From: an uncultured Gemmatimonadales bacterium
GTDB taxonomy: Bacteria > Gemmatimonadota > Gemmatimonadetes > Longimicrobiales > RSA9
NCBI GenBank assembly: GCA_963816355.1
Contig: CAWFKH010000003.1
Location: 608,001-672,000 of the forward strand
Reading direction: 5' to 3'
DNA: 64,000 nt
Shown here: positions 18,922 to 28,403 of the stretch, in pieces
How positions within the stretch are numbered: the stretch's first letter is position 1
Layout of the letters: each line of letters opens with the position of its first letter
Notes under the pieces: generated by a model
The model's database searches: none
Told to the model about the DNA's origin: nothing
What the model saw: only the letters and a program-made list of their open reading frames with translations
Position numbers and translations under genes: made by a program

Positions 18922-20307
18922 ATGGCTGCCGACCCGCGCCGCCGCATACCGTCCGTCGACCGGCTGCTGGCGAGCCCGCCGTTCGCGGCGCTGCTCGCGA
19001 CCACTTCCCGCGACCGGCTGCGCGCGCTCCTCCAGGAGGTGCAGGAGCGGCTGCGACGCGAGATCGCCGGCGGCGCATCCGCGCCTGCTCACCTGCAGGA
19101 TGTTGGCTGGTACGCCGCCGCCGTGCGCCGCCGGCTCGACGAGCAGGAGCGCCCTTCGCTGCGCCGCGTCGTCAACGCCACCGGCGTCGTCCTGCACACG
19201 AATCTCGGCCGCGCCCCGCTCGCAGCCGTCGCGCGCGACGCGATCCTCGCCATCGCCCACGGCTACTCGAACCTCGAGTACGACCTCGCGACCGGCGCCC
19301 GCGGCTCCCGCTACGACCACTGCGTCGCGTTGCTGCGCGAGCTGACCGGCGCCGAGGCCGCGCTCGTCGTCAACAACAACGCGGCCGCGATCGTGCTCGC
19401 GGTGAACACGCTCGCGAGCGGCCGCGAGGCGGTGATCAGCCGCGGCGAGCTGATCGAGATCGGCGGCTCCTTCCGCATTCCCGACATCCTCGCCCGCAGC
19501 GGCGCCCGCATGGTCGAGGTGGGCACCACCAACCGCACGCACCTGCAGGACTTCGCGAGTGCGATCGGCGACGCGACCGGCGTCGTGCTCCGCGTCCACC
19601 GCTCCAACTTCGCCGTGACCGGATTCACCGCCGACGTCGCGGCCACCGACCTCGCCGCGCTCGCGCGGCAGCGCGGCGTGCCACTGCTCCACGACCTCGG
19701 CTCCGGCCTGCTCCTCGAGGCGGAGCGTCTCGGGCTGCCACCGGAGCCGACCGCCGCCGCCGCGCTCGGCGCCGGCGCCGATGTCGTCACGATGAGTGGC
19801 GACAAGCTTCTCGGCGGGCCGCAGGCCGGGATCGTCGTGGGTCGCGAGTCGATCGTCGCCCGCATGCGCCGCAACCCCCTATGTCGCGCCTTCCGCGTCG
19901 GGAAGGTGACGCTCGCCGCGCTCGAGGCCACGCTCGCGCTCTACCGCGAGCCGGAGCGCGCGCTGCGCGAGATCCCGACGCTGCGCATGATCACCGAGGC
20001 GGAGGCGGACGTCCGCGCCCGTGCGGAGCGCATCGCCGCTGCGCTGCTCGCGCGCGGCGTCGACACCCGTTGCGCTCCCGGGCGCGCGGCCGTCGGTGGC
20101 GGCGCCTACCCGGACCTGGACCTGCCGACGTGGCTCGTCGTGCTGCACGCCGATCGCGCGCCGGACGCGCTGCTCGCGCGCCTGCGCGCCGGCGAGACGC
20201 CGGTCGTGGCGCGCATCGTGGCCGACGCCGCCGTGCTCGACGCGCGCACCGTCGAAGACGCCGACATCCCCCTCCTGGCCGACGCGGTCGAGCGTGCGCT
20301 CGCCTGA
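18922..20307 (+). CDS. selA: L-seryl-tRNA(Sec) selenium transferase
   Basis: RRVVNATGVVLHTNLGRAPL, YSNLEYDL, VVNNNAAA, SRGELIEIGGSFRIPD, EVGTTNRT, SGDKLLGGPQAG. Confidence 0.96.
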   Translation: MAADPRRRIPSVDRLLASPPFAALLATTSRDRLRALLQEVQERLRREIAGGASAPAHLQDVGWYAAAVRRRLDEQERPSLRRVVNATGVVLHTNLGRAPLAAVARDAILAIAHGYSNLEYDLATGARGSRYDHCVALLRELTGAEAALVVNNNAAAIVLAVNTLASGREAVISRGELIEIGGSFRIPDILARSGARMVEVGTTNRTHLQDFASAIGDATGVVLRVHRSNFAVTGFTADVAATDLAALARQRGVPLLHDLGSGLLLEAERLGLPPEPTAAAALGAGADVVTMSGDKLLGGPQAGIVVGRESIVARMRRNPLCRAFRVGKVTLAALEATLALYREPERALREIPTLRMITEAEADVRARAERIAAALLARGVDTRCAPGRAAVGGGAYPDLDLPTWLVVLHADRAPDALLARLRAGETPVVARIVADAAVLDARTVEDADIPLLADAVERALA

Positions 20308-20806
20308 GCCGGCCGGCCGGCCCGCCGCATTCCTCGACCGTGACGGCACGATCATGGACGACGCGGGCTACGTCGCCGACCCGGCGCAGGTGCGCCTGCT
20401 TCCCGGCGCCGCCGCCGCGCTGCGCCGCCTCGCCGCCGCCGGCTACGCCCTCGTCGTCGTGACGAACCAGTCGGGGATCGCCCGCGGCCTCATGAGCGAA
20501 GCCGACTTCCACGCCGTGCAGGCGCGCCTCGAGCAGCGCCTGGCCGAGGCCGGCGTCCACCTCGACGCCGTCTACCACTGCCCCCACCACCCCGCCTTCA
20601 CCGGGCCGTGCGAGTGCCGCAAGCCGGGGCTCGGCCTCTACCGCCGCGCCGCAGGCGATCTCGGCCTCGACCTCGCCCGTTCGCTGTTCCTGGGCGACAA
20701 GCCTTCCGACGTCGCGCCCGCCGCCCCACTCGGCGGCCGCGCCCGGCTCGTGACGGGGCAGGGAGGCCTCGGCGCCGCCGTCGAGGACCTGCTCGGCTCC
20801 GCGTGA
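20294..20806 (+). CDS. gmhB: D-glycero-D-manno-heptose-1,7-bisphosphate phosphatase (HAD IIIA)
   Basis: AAFLDRDGT, VVTNQSGIARG, YHCPHHP..CECRKP, FLGDKPSD; start GTG 20294 inferred. Confidence 0.88.
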   Translation: MRSPEPAGRPAAFLDRDGTIMDDAGYVADPAQVRLLPGAAAALRRLAAAGYALVVVTNQSGIARGLMSEADFHAVQARLEQRLAEAGVHLDAVYHCPHHPAFTGPCECRKPGLGLYRRAAGDLGLDLARSLFLGDKPSDVAPAAPLGGRARLVTGQGGLGAAVEDLLGSA

Positions 20807-21729
20807 GCGCAGCGCTCCGGCGCCTGCCTCCCGGCGTCCGCTACATGGCGGGCGCGGCGTTCTTCTTCAGCGTGATGAGCATGCTGGTGAAGCTCGCGGG
20901 CAGCCGGCTGCCGACGCAGGAGGTCGTGCTCGGGCGCTCCGCCGTGGGGCTGCTGCTCTCCTGGATCGCCCTGCGACGCCGCCGCATCCCGGCCTTCGGC
21001 CGGCGGCGAGGGCTCCTCTTCGTGCGCGGGCTGCTCGGGTTCGGCGCGCTCAGCGCGTTCTTCTACGCGCTCACGCGGCTGCCGCTCGCCGAGGCGACCG
21101 TCATCCAGTACACGAACCCGGTCTTCACGGGCGTGATCGCGGCCGTCGTGCTGGACGAGGCGATGAGCCGAGCGGACGTGCTCGCGGTCGCGCTGAGCCT
21201 CGTCGGCGTCGTCCTCGTCGCGCGGCCGCAGGCGCTCTTCGGTGGCGCCGCCACGCTCGATCCGATCGCCGTCGCCGTCGGCCTCGCCGGCGCGCTCCTC
21301 AGCGCCGCCGCCTACGTCGCCGTGCGCCGGCTCGGCGCGACCGAGGATCCGCTCGTCATCGTCTTCTATTTCGCCGCCGTGGCGGTGCTCGGCTCCATTC
21401 CGGACGTGGCCCTCGTCGGGATCGCGCCGACGGCGCTCGAATGGCTGCTGCTCGCGGCCATCGGCGTCGCGACCCAGCTCGGCCAGGTCCTGATGACGAA
21501 AGGGCTGCGCGCCGAGCGCGCCGGCCGCGCCACGGCCGTGGGCTACCTGCAGATCGTCTTCGCCGCCGTCTGGGGCGCCCTCTTCTTCCACGAGCTGCCC
21601 GGCCTCCTCGCCGTCTTCGGCGCCGTCCTCGTCGTCGCCGGCACCCTCGTCCTCGCCCGCTCCGGTGCGAGCGCTTCCCGACAACCTTTCCGGCTTTTCC
21701 CCACGGATCGGAGCGGTCCGGACGCTTAG
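20803..21729 (+). CDS. EamA/DMT family transporter
   Basis: About 10 TM segments; FYALTRLPLAEATVIQYTNPVF..LDE, YLQIVFAAVWGALFFHE; GTG 20803 overlaps the gmhB stop. Confidence 0.9.
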   Translation: MSAALRRLPPGVRYMAGAAFFFSVMSMLVKLAGSRLPTQEVVLGRSAVGLLLSWIALRRRRIPAFGRRRGLLFVRGLLGFGALSAFFYALTRLPLAEATVIQYTNPVFTGVIAAVVLDEAMSRADVLAVALSLVGVVLVARPQALFGGAATLDPIAVAVGLAGALLSAAAYVAVRRLGATEDPLVIVFYFAAVAVLGSIPDVALVGIAPTALEWLLLAAIGVATQLGQVLMTKGLRAERAGRATAVGYLQIVFAAVWGALFFHELPGLLAVFGAVLVVAGTLVLARSGASASRQPFRLFPTDRSGPDA

Positions 21730-21739
21730 CTTCACCGGT

Positions 21740-21835
21740 ACTTGGGAGTGTTTGCATGGCTCCGCGGGAGTCGGAGGTCGGGGAGAGCAGCTCCGGGAGC
21801 CACGAAGGGAGTCGTCGCGAGACGGCTCCCTTCGG
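21740..21835 (+). ncRNA. Candidate small structured RNA (two hairpins, GGAG-rich)
   Basis: TAGCTT -10-like box at ~21727; stem tggctcc..ggagcca; hairpin gaagggagtcgtc-gcga-gacggctcccttc; six GGAG motifs. No family recognised. Confidence 0.3.
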
Positions 21836-21879
21836 CATTCTGCCCTGCCGCGCGGCCCGCGACGGCGCGCGGGCGCGGG

Positions 21880-21907
21880 TTGACACTCGATCATGCGCGC
21901 GCATATT
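21880..21907 (+). promoter_or_regulatory. Putative sigma70 promoter of iscA-nadA
   Basis: TTGACA-N16-CATATT upstream of the GGAGG RBS and ATG 22022. Confidence 0.5.
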
Positions 21908-22021
21908 CCTGAAACCTGTCGCCGCTCGCAGGGTATTTGCGGTGCGTAGGGCCGAACGATCCAACGGATTGCGGCCGCCCCGTCGCGGCCGAGGGCCGGA
22001 GCTCACGAGGAGGAATCCAGA

Positions 22022-22354
22022 ATGACGATCAACGTCACCCCGATCGCCGTCTCCGAGGTGAAGAAGTTCATGGAGGAGCAGGGGACCGCCGAAAGCAAGG
22101 CCGGCCTGCGCGTCGCCGTGCTGCCAGGTGGCTGCTCCGGCTTCCAGTACGGTCTCAACATCGAGGACGAGGCGCAGGAGGACGACGACGTCCTCGTCTG
22201 CAACGGCGTTCGCGTCTTCATCGATCCGTTCAGCGCCCAGTACCTCGACGGCGTCGAGATCGACTACGTCACCACCATGATGGGCGCCGGGTTCACCTTC
22301 AAGAACCCGAACGCCACCGGCGGTTGCGGCTGCGGCAGCTCGTTCACGGCCTGA
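22022..22354 (+). CDS. iscA: A-type Fe-S cluster carrier (IscA/ErpA/HesB family)
   Basis: LRVAVLPGGCSGFQY, YLDGVEIDY, FKNPNATGGCGCGSSF; strong RBS. Confidence 0.93.
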   Translation: MTINVTPIAVSEVKKFMEEQGTAESKAGLRVAVLPGGCSGFQYGLNIEDEAQEDDDVLVCNGVRVFIDPFSAQYLDGVEIDYVTTMMGAGFTFKNPNATGGCGCGSSFTA

Positions 22355-22368
22355 TCCCGCTTCGGCCC

Positions 22369-22416
22369 GTGCGCGACGGGTCCGCGGGGATCGATCTCCG
22401 CGGGCCCTTCGCGCAC
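22369..22416. other. Long intergenic hairpin between iscA and nadA
   Basis: gtgcgcga-c-gggtccgcgggga-tcga-tctccgcgggccc-t-tcgcgcac inverted repeat; no U-tract. Confidence 0.6.
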
Positions 22417-22445
22417 CTCTCCTCCGCGAGCCCCGCGACGCGCCC

Positions 22446-23495
22446 ATGATCGCTCCGACGCGCCAGCGCTCCTCCGAGCCGCTCGAGACGCCGCTCCACT
22501 ACGCCCGTCTCTCCCACGACGACCTCGTCGCGCGCATCCGCGGCCGCAAGCGCGAGCTCAACGCCGTCATCCTCGGCCACAACTATCAGCGCGTCGACAT
22601 TCAGGACGTGAGCGACTTCGTCGGGGACTCGCTCGGCCTCTCCCAGCGCGCCGCCGAGACGGACGCGGACGTCATCGTCTTCTGCGGCGTCCATTTCATG
22701 GCCGAGACGGCCAAGATCCTCTCGCCCGGCAGGACCGTCCTCATGCCGGATGCGAACGCCGGCTGCCCGATGGCGGACTTCGCCACCGCCGCCGCCGTGC
22801 GCCGGCTCGCCGACCAGCATCCCCGCGCCGCCATCGTCGCCTACGTCAACTCGACCGCGGAAGTGAAGGCGCTCGCCGACGTCTGCTGCACCAGCTCCAA
22901 CGCCGTGCGCGTCGTCGAGTCGATCCCCGACGGGCAGCCGATCCTCTTCGTGCCGGACCGCAACCTCGCCGACTACGTGGCGCGCCGCACCGGGCGCGAC
23001 GACATCATCGCCTGGGAAGGCTACTGCTACGTCCACGACGACTTCGTGCTCCGCGAGCTGGACGCCGTCCTCGAGCGCCACCCCGACGCCCGCGTCGTCA
23101 TGCACCCCGAGGCGCGCCGCGATCTGCTCGACCGCGCCGACTACGTCGTCTCAACCTCCGGCATGGCCGAGCTCGCCGAGCGCCACGACACGCTCGTGAT
23201 CGGCACCGAGCGCGGCCTCGTCGACGCGCTCCAGCAGCGCTTCCCCCGCAAGACGCTGATCCCGCTCTCGCGCGCCGCGGTATGCGGCAACATGAAGATG
23301 AACACGCTCGCCAAGCTCGCCTGGTGCCTCGACCACCGCCGCCACGAGATCACGATCCCCGAGCACACCCGCGCCCGCGCGGAGCGCGCGCTCCGGCGCA
23401 TGCTCGACCTCTCCGACGGCTGGCGCGGTCCGACCGAGGAGGAGCGCCGCCTCGAAGAGGCCGGCCTGCGCGACCGCGGCTGCGGCTGCGCTTGA
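22446..23495 (+). CDS. nadA: Quinolinate synthase NadA
   Basis: ILGHNYQ, GDSLGLS, FCGVHFMAETAKIL, AGCPMA, YVNSTAEVKA..CCTSSNA, GYCYVH, HPE, VCGNMKMNTL. Confidence 0.96.
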   Translation: MIAPTRQRSSEPLETPLHYARLSHDDLVARIRGRKRELNAVILGHNYQRVDIQDVSDFVGDSLGLSQRAAETDADVIVFCGVHFMAETAKILSPGRTVLMPDANAGCPMADFATAAAVRRLADQHPRAAIVAYVNSTAEVKALADVCCTSSNAVRVVESIPDGQPILFVPDRNLADYVARRTGRDDIIAWEGYCYVHDDFVLRELDAVLERHPDARVVMHPEARRDLLDRADYVVSTSGMAELAERHDTLVIGTERGLVDALQQRFPRKTLIPLSRAAVCGNMKMNTLAKLAWCLDHRRHEITIPEHTRARAERALRRMLDLSDGWRGPTEEERRLEEAGLRDRGCGCA

Positions 23496-23523
23496 TCGGC
23501 GTGCCGGCCGAGCGCGTGCGCCA

Positions 23524-24213
23524 GTGAGCGATCCGTCTCCGTTCGCCGCCTACGGCCCGCTCCGCGTCCAGACCTTCACCTCGCCCGCCTTCGGCGAGAA
23601 CGCCTACCTCGTCCGCTGCGGCGAGGGGGACGACGCCGTCGCGATCGACCCGGGCGGCGAGGCGGCGGCGATGGCCGACGCGGCGGAGAGCGAAGCGCTG
23701 CGCGTCCACGCGATCCTGCTCACCCACGCGCACCTCGACCACATCGAGGGCGTGGCCGAGCTCGTCCGCCGTACCCACGCGCCCGTGTACCTTCACCCCG
23801 ACGACCGGCCCCTCTACGACGCCGCCGCCCGGCAGGCCGAGATGTTCGGCCTCTCCGTCGAGACGCCGCCGCCGGTCGACCACGACATCCGGCCGCAGGC
23901 GCCGCTCGACTTCGGCGGCTGCCGCTTCGAGGTGCGCCACGTGCCCGGCCACTCGCCCGGCCACGTCCTCTTCTATTGCGGCGCCGCCGCCGTCGCGTTC
24001 GTCGGCGACGTCGTCTTCCACGGCTCGATCGGGCGCACCGACTTGCCCGGCGGTGAATACCGCCGCCTCATGGACTCGATCCGCGCGCACGTCCTGACGC
24101 TGCCGCCGCCGACCGTCCTCCTCTCCGGGCACGGCCCACCCACCACCGTCGCCCACGAGGCCACGACCAACCCGTTCCTCATCCCCCACTTCGGCGGGGG
24201 AAACTTCGCGTGA
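23524..24213 (+). CDS. MBL-fold metallo-hydrolase (YcbL/GloC-like)
   Basis: THAHLDHI, PGHSPGH, GDVVFHGSIGRTDLPGG, SGHGPPTT..E..NPF. Confidence 0.9.
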   Translation: MSDPSPFAAYGPLRVQTFTSPAFGENAYLVRCGEGDDAVAIDPGGEAAAMADAAESEALRVHAILLTHAHLDHIEGVAELVRRTHAPVYLHPDDRPLYDAAARQAEMFGLSVETPPPVDHDIRPQAPLDFGGCRFEVRHVPGHSPGHVLFYCGAAAVAFVGDVVFHGSIGRTDLPGGEYRRLMDSIRAHVLTLPPPTVLLSGHGPPTTVAHEATTNPFLIPHFGGGNFA

Positions 24214-24914
24214 GCGCGCCCGCCGCCATCGCGGTCTTCGTGTCGGGCGGCGGCACCAATCTGCAGGCGCTCCTCGACGCCTTCGCCGCGCCGCCCGCCG
24301 CCCACGTCGCCCGCGTCCGCCTCGTCGTCTCCGACCGCCCCGACGCCGGTGCGCTCCGCCGCGCCCGCGACGCCGGCGTGCCGGACGTCGTCGTGCCGGT
24401 CGCCGGCCGCCCGGTCGACGAGGTCGCCGCCGATCTCCTGCGTGCGCTCGACGCCGCGCGCATCGACATCGTCGCCCTCGCCGGCTACCTGCGCCTCGTC
24501 CCCCCCGCCGTCGTGCGACGCTTCCACCGCCGCATGCTCAACGTCCACCCGGCGCTGCTCCCCGCCTTCGGCGGACCCGGCTTCTACGGCCGCCGCGTCC
24601 ACCGCGCCGTCATCGACGCCGGCTGCCGCGTCAGCGGCGCCACCGTCCACTTCGTCGACGAGGCCTACGACACCGGCCCGATCCTCGCCCAGTGGCCCGT
24701 GCCCGTCCGGCCCGGCGATACGCCCGAGGCCCTCACCGCCCGCGTCCTCGCCGTCGAACACGCCCTCTATCCCGCCGCCCTCGAGCGCCTCGCCCGCGAC
24801 GCCGTCGCCGGTGAAGTCGGCGAAGCGGGCGCGCGCGGAGGGGCGGCCTTCCACCTCCTTGACGACTCCGCGCCCACCCGCGACGAGGTGCGGCGCGCAC
24901 TCGGACTCGACTGA
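24210..24914 (+). CDS. purN: Phosphoribosylglycinamide formyltransferase
   Basis: VFVSGGGTNLQALL, LAGYLRL, NVHPALLPAFGG, SGATVHFVDEAYDTGPILAQ. Confidence 0.95.
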   Translation: MSAPAAIAVFVSGGGTNLQALLDAFAAPPAAHVARVRLVVSDRPDAGALRRARDAGVPDVVVPVAGRPVDEVAADLLRALDAARIDIVALAGYLRLVPPAVVRRFHRRMLNVHPALLPAFGGPGFYGRRVHRAVIDAGCRVSGATVHFVDEAYDTGPILAQWPVPVRPGDTPEALTARVLAVEHALYPAALERLARDAVAGEVGEAGARGGAAFHLLDDSAPTRDEVRRALGLD

Positions 24915-24922
24915 ACGGAACC

Positions 24923-26524
24923 ATGCCGAGAGCGATCCTGAGCGTATCCGACAAGACCGGCCTCGTCCCCTTCGCCCGCGGCCTCGCCGCGCTGGGCTTC
25001 GAGCTCGTCTCGACCGGCGGCACCGCCCGCGCGCTGCGAGACGCCGGCCTCTCCCCCCGCCCCGTCGGGGACGTCACCGGCCACCCCGAGATGATGGAGG
25101 GCCGCGTCAAGACGCTGCACCCCGCCGTTCACGCCGGCATCCTCGCGCGCGCCGGCAACGACGACGACCGCCGCGCGCTCGCCGAGCACGGCTACGCCGA
25201 GGTCGACCTCGTCGCCGTCAACCTCTACCCGTTCCGCGCGTCCGTCGCCGCCGGCGCCGACCTCGCCACCGCGATGGAGAACGTCGACATCGGCGGCCCC
25301 ACCATGCTCCGCGCCGCCGCCAAGAACCACGCCCGCGTCCTCGCCGTCGTCGATCCCGCGGACTACGACGCCGTCCTCGACGCGCTTCGCGCCGGCCCCG
25401 TGCCGGACGTGCTCCGCCGCGCCCTCGCCGCGAAGGTCTTCGCTCACACCGCCGCCTACGACGACGCCGTCGCCGGCTACCTCGCCGCCGCCCCCTTCGC
25501 TCCCGCCGACGCTTCGCCGCCCGCGCCCGCCGACGCTTCGCCGCCCGCTCCCGCCGATGACTTCCCGGCGCGCCTCGCGCTCGCCTTCGCGAAGCGGCAG
25601 GAGCTGCGCTACGGCGAGAACCCGGACCAGCGCGCCGCTTTCTACGCCGAGCCGGACGCGCCCGCCGGCTCGCTGCCCCGCATGCGGCAGCTCCACGGCA
25701 AGGAGCTCTCCTACAACAACCTGATCGATGTCGACGCGGCGCTCATGGCGGTGACGCCGTGGGCATCCGGCGAGCGCGCGGCGTGCGTCGTCGTCAAGCA
25801 CACCACGCCGTGCGGCCTCGCCCTGGGCGAGAACGCGGCCGACGCCTTCCGTCGCGCCCTCGCCGGCGACCCGGTCAGCGCCTTCGGCGGCATCGTCGCC
25901 TTCAACCGGCCCGTGGACGCCGCCGCCGCCGGCGCTCTCGCCGAGCTCTTCCTCGAGGTCGTCGTCGCCCCCGCTTTCGACAAGGGCGCGCGCGAGTTGC
26001 TCGAGCGCAAGAAGAACCTGAGGCTGATCGAGCTGCAGCCGACGGCGCCGGCACCCGACGAGCTCGACTACCGCCGCGTCCGCGGCGGCCTCCTCGTCCA
26101 GGACCGGCTCTCGCTCGCGTTCCCCGAGGAGGCGTGGAGCGTCGTCACGCGCCGCGCTCCGGACGACGCCGAGTGGCGCGACCTCCGCTTCGCCTGGCGC
26201 GCCTCCGCCGCGGTGAAGTCGAACGCGATCGTCCTCGTCAAGGAGGAGCGCACCGTCGGCATCGGCGCCGGTCAGATGAGCCGCGTCGACGCCTCCCGCA
26301 TCGCGGTCATGAAGGCCCACGACCAGGACGTCGACCTCGCCGGCGCCGTCCTCGCCTCGGACGCTTTCTTCCCCTTCCGTGATGGTGTCGACGCCGCGGC
26401 CGACGCCGGCGTCGCCGCGATCATCGAGCCGGGTGGCTCCATCCGCGACGCCGAGGTGATCGCCGCCGCCGACGAGCACGGCATCGCGATGGTGTTCACG
26501 GGGAGGCGCGTGTTCCGGCACTGA
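24923..26524 (+). CDS. purH: Bifunctional AICAR formyltransferase / IMP cyclohydrolase
   Basis: [83 protein letters not shown]. Confidence 0.97.
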   Translation: MPRAILSVSDKTGLVPFARGLAALGFELVSTGGTARALRDAGLSPRPVGDVTGHPEMMEGRVKTLHPAVHAGILARAGNDDDRRALAEHGYAEVDLVAVNLYPFRASVAAGADLATAMENVDIGGPTMLRAAAKNHARVLAVVDPADYDAVLDALRAGPVPDVLRRALAAKVFAHTAAYDDAVAGYLAAAPFAPADASPPAPADASPPAPADDFPARLALAFAKRQELRYGENPDQRAAFYAEPDAPAGSLPRMRQLHGKELSYNNLIDVDAALMAVTPWASGERAACVVVKHTTPCGLALGENAADAFRRALAGDPVSAFGGIVAFNRPVDAAAAGALAELFLEVVVAPAFDKGARELLERKKNLRLIELQPTAPAPDELDYRRVRGGLLVQDRLSLAFPEEAWSVVTRRAPDDAEWRDLRFAWRASAAVKSNAIVLVKEERTVGIGAGQMSRVDASRIAVMKAHDQDVDLAGAVLASDAFFPFRDGVDAAADAGVAAIIEPGGSIRDAEVIAAADEHGIAMVFTGRRVFRH

Positions 26525-26547
26525 TGGACGGCAGAGGGGGGCGGGTT

Positions 26548-26585
26548 TCCGGAGGCTGCCGCGCACCTGGCCGGCAGCCTCCGGA
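26548..26585. terminator. Hairpin between convergent purH and hsp20 (possible terminator)
   Basis: Perfect 14-bp stem tccggaggctgccg / cggcagcctccgga. Confidence 0.55.
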
Positions 26586-26647
26586 TCCCGGATTCACATG
26601 GGGCGAGAATCGCCGACCGCTGAGGCGCCGCCTTCCGGCGCGGCGGT

Positions 26648-27088
26648 CTACTGGACCGCGACCTCGATCCTGCGGCCGGTCGCCTTGGCCGTCTTCGGCA
26701 TGTGGATCTTCACCACGCCGTTCTTGAACTCCGCCCGGATCTTCTCCACGTCGATCGAAGGCGGAAGCGTGAACGAGCGCTCGAACGCGCCGTAGACGCG
26801 CTCGAAGACGTGATACTTCGCTTCCTTCTCCTCGTGCTCCTCCTTCTTCAGGCCGCGCAGGGTGAGGATGTTCTCCTCGACCGTGACGTCCACGTCCGCG
26901 GGATCGATCCCGGGCAGCTCGGCCGTGAGCAGATACTCCTCGTTCATGTCGACCAGCTCGACGGCGGGCTTCCAGGCCGAAGTCTCCGTGCCCGCCGGGA
27001 AGATGCGACGGAACAGATTCTCGAACTCGTCGCCGTCGCCGATGCGGAAGAGCTCCGGTACCCGGGCCCTTGGCCTCGTGACCAGCAT
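26648..27088 (-). CDS. Hsp20/alpha-crystallin small heat-shock protein
   Basis: [59 protein letters not shown]. Confidence 0.95.
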   Translation of the reverse strand: MLVTRPRARVPELFRIGDGDEFENLFRRIFPAGTETSAWKPAVELVDMNEEYLLTAELPGIDPADVDVTVEENILTLRGLKKEEHEEKEAKYHVFERVYGAFERSFTLPPSIDVEKIRAEFKNGVVKIHMPKTAKATGRRIEVAVQ

Positions 27089-27422
27089 TGCGCCCTCCTT
27101 TGATGGACGGCGGTCGCGTGGGAAGACGCTCGCGCGTCCGGGGCCGCGACCTCCAACCCACGCTTCAAGTTGTCTTCCAGGCGCTCCGCAGGCTGTAGGG
27201 CGGCGTACCCACTCGCTGTGAGCACTCGCCGCCGGGACGGTGGGCGGTTCGCCGTCGGGGTCCTCCCCACCGCCGGGCCGTGGGTGGGGCGGGGAGGCGG
27301 GGTCACGGCCGTCCCCGCCTTTTCCTGACAGAGGATGTGGACTTTCCCCACAGACTTCGCCCCGCCGCCGCGCCAAGTTCCACGCGATGCGCCGCAACGA
27401 CATCCCGCACGCTTCGAGGGCG

Positions 27423-28403
27423 ATGTACGCCAGGATCCTGGTGCCGCTCGACGGCTCCGCGTTCGGCGAAGGCGCGCTCGGCGCGGCGCGGGCGCTCGCC
27501 CGCCGCTCCGGCGCCGTGCTCCACCTCCTCCACGTCCGGGACGATCTGCTCCCGCTCGCGATCGATCCGGAGCGCATTCAGGACGACGCGATCCACCACG
27601 ACCTGCTCGGCCATCCGGACCGGCTCGCCGCCGCTTACCTCGATGCGCTCGCCGCCGCCACCCGCGTCGAGGAGCGCGTCGAAGTCGTCACGGCCGTGCT
27701 GGAGCCGCCCGTCGCGGACGCCATCGCCGCCTACGCCCGCGCCAACGACATCGACCTCGTCGTGCTGAGCACGCACGGCCGCGGCGGCTTCCAGCGCGCG
27801 TGGCTCGGCAGCGTCGCCGACGCGACGATCCGCCGCGTCGAGCAGCCGGTCCTCCTCGTGCTGCCCGGTCGCCGCGGCGTGCGGCCGGGGCCGCGCCTCC
27901 ACATCCGGCGGATCCTCGTTCCGCTCGATACGACGCCGCACTCCGCCGCCATCGTCGACGACGCCGCCGAGCTCGCCGCCGTGGTGGGCGCCGGCCTCGT
28001 CCTGCTGCACGTGATCCGCCCGCGCTCCGCGCTCCACGCACCGATGGCGATCGGCCGGCTGCACGTCGATCCGGCCGACCTCGCGCACCGCCGTCTCCTC
28101 GCCGAGCGCTTCCTCGACGCCGTCGCTGAATCGATCCGCCACCCGCCTGCGGATCTCGACCTCGCCATCGTCGTCGCCGAAGACACGGTGGATACGATCC
28201 TGAAGAAGGCCGTCGAGCTCGACGCCTCACTCATCGCCATGACCACGCGTGGCCGCGCTGGTCTCGACCGTCTCCTGCTCGGCAGCGTGGCGGACAAGAT
28301 CGTCCGCTCCGGCGCCTATCCGCTGCTCCTCGTCCGCCCGGGCTCCGCGCGCCGCCGGCCGCGGCCCTGCGAGCAGACCCAGCCTCAGCCCGGGACGCCC
28401 TGA
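27423..28403 (+). CDS. Universal stress protein, tandem USP domains
   Basis: MYARILVPLDGS..STHGRGGFQRAWLGSVAD..PVLLV; second domain RILVPLD..TTRGRAGLDRLLLGSVADKIVR..PLLLV. Confidence 0.92.
   Translation: MYARILVPLDGSAFGEGALGAARALARRSGAVLHLLHVRDDLLPLAIDPERIQDDAIHHDLLGHPDRLAAAYLDALAAATRVEERVEVVTAVLEPPVADAIAAYARANDIDLVVLSTHGRGGFQRAWLGSVADATIRRVEQPVLLVLPGRRGVRPGPRLHIRRILVPLDTTPHSAAIVDDAAELAAVVGAGLVLLHVIRPRSALHAPMAIGRLHVDPADLAHRRLLAERFLDAVAESIRHPPADLDLAIVVAEDTVDTILKKAVELDASLIAMTTRGRAGLDRLLLGSVADKIVRSGAYPLLLVRPGSARRRPRPCEQTQPQPGTP

Noticed and set aside
21756..22025. Leader ORF MAPRESEVG... upstream of iscA
   Set aside because: Poor codon bias, and it runs through the hairpins and the iscA promoter
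23490..23530. Selenocysteine read-through of the nadA (or iscA) UGA, prompted by selA
   Set aside because: Both proteins are already complete, the read-through sequence is not protein-like, and no clear SECIS is seen
27219..27246. CIRCE element upstream of hsp20
   Set aside because: Only one half-site (TGAGCACTC); the second arm at N9 does not match
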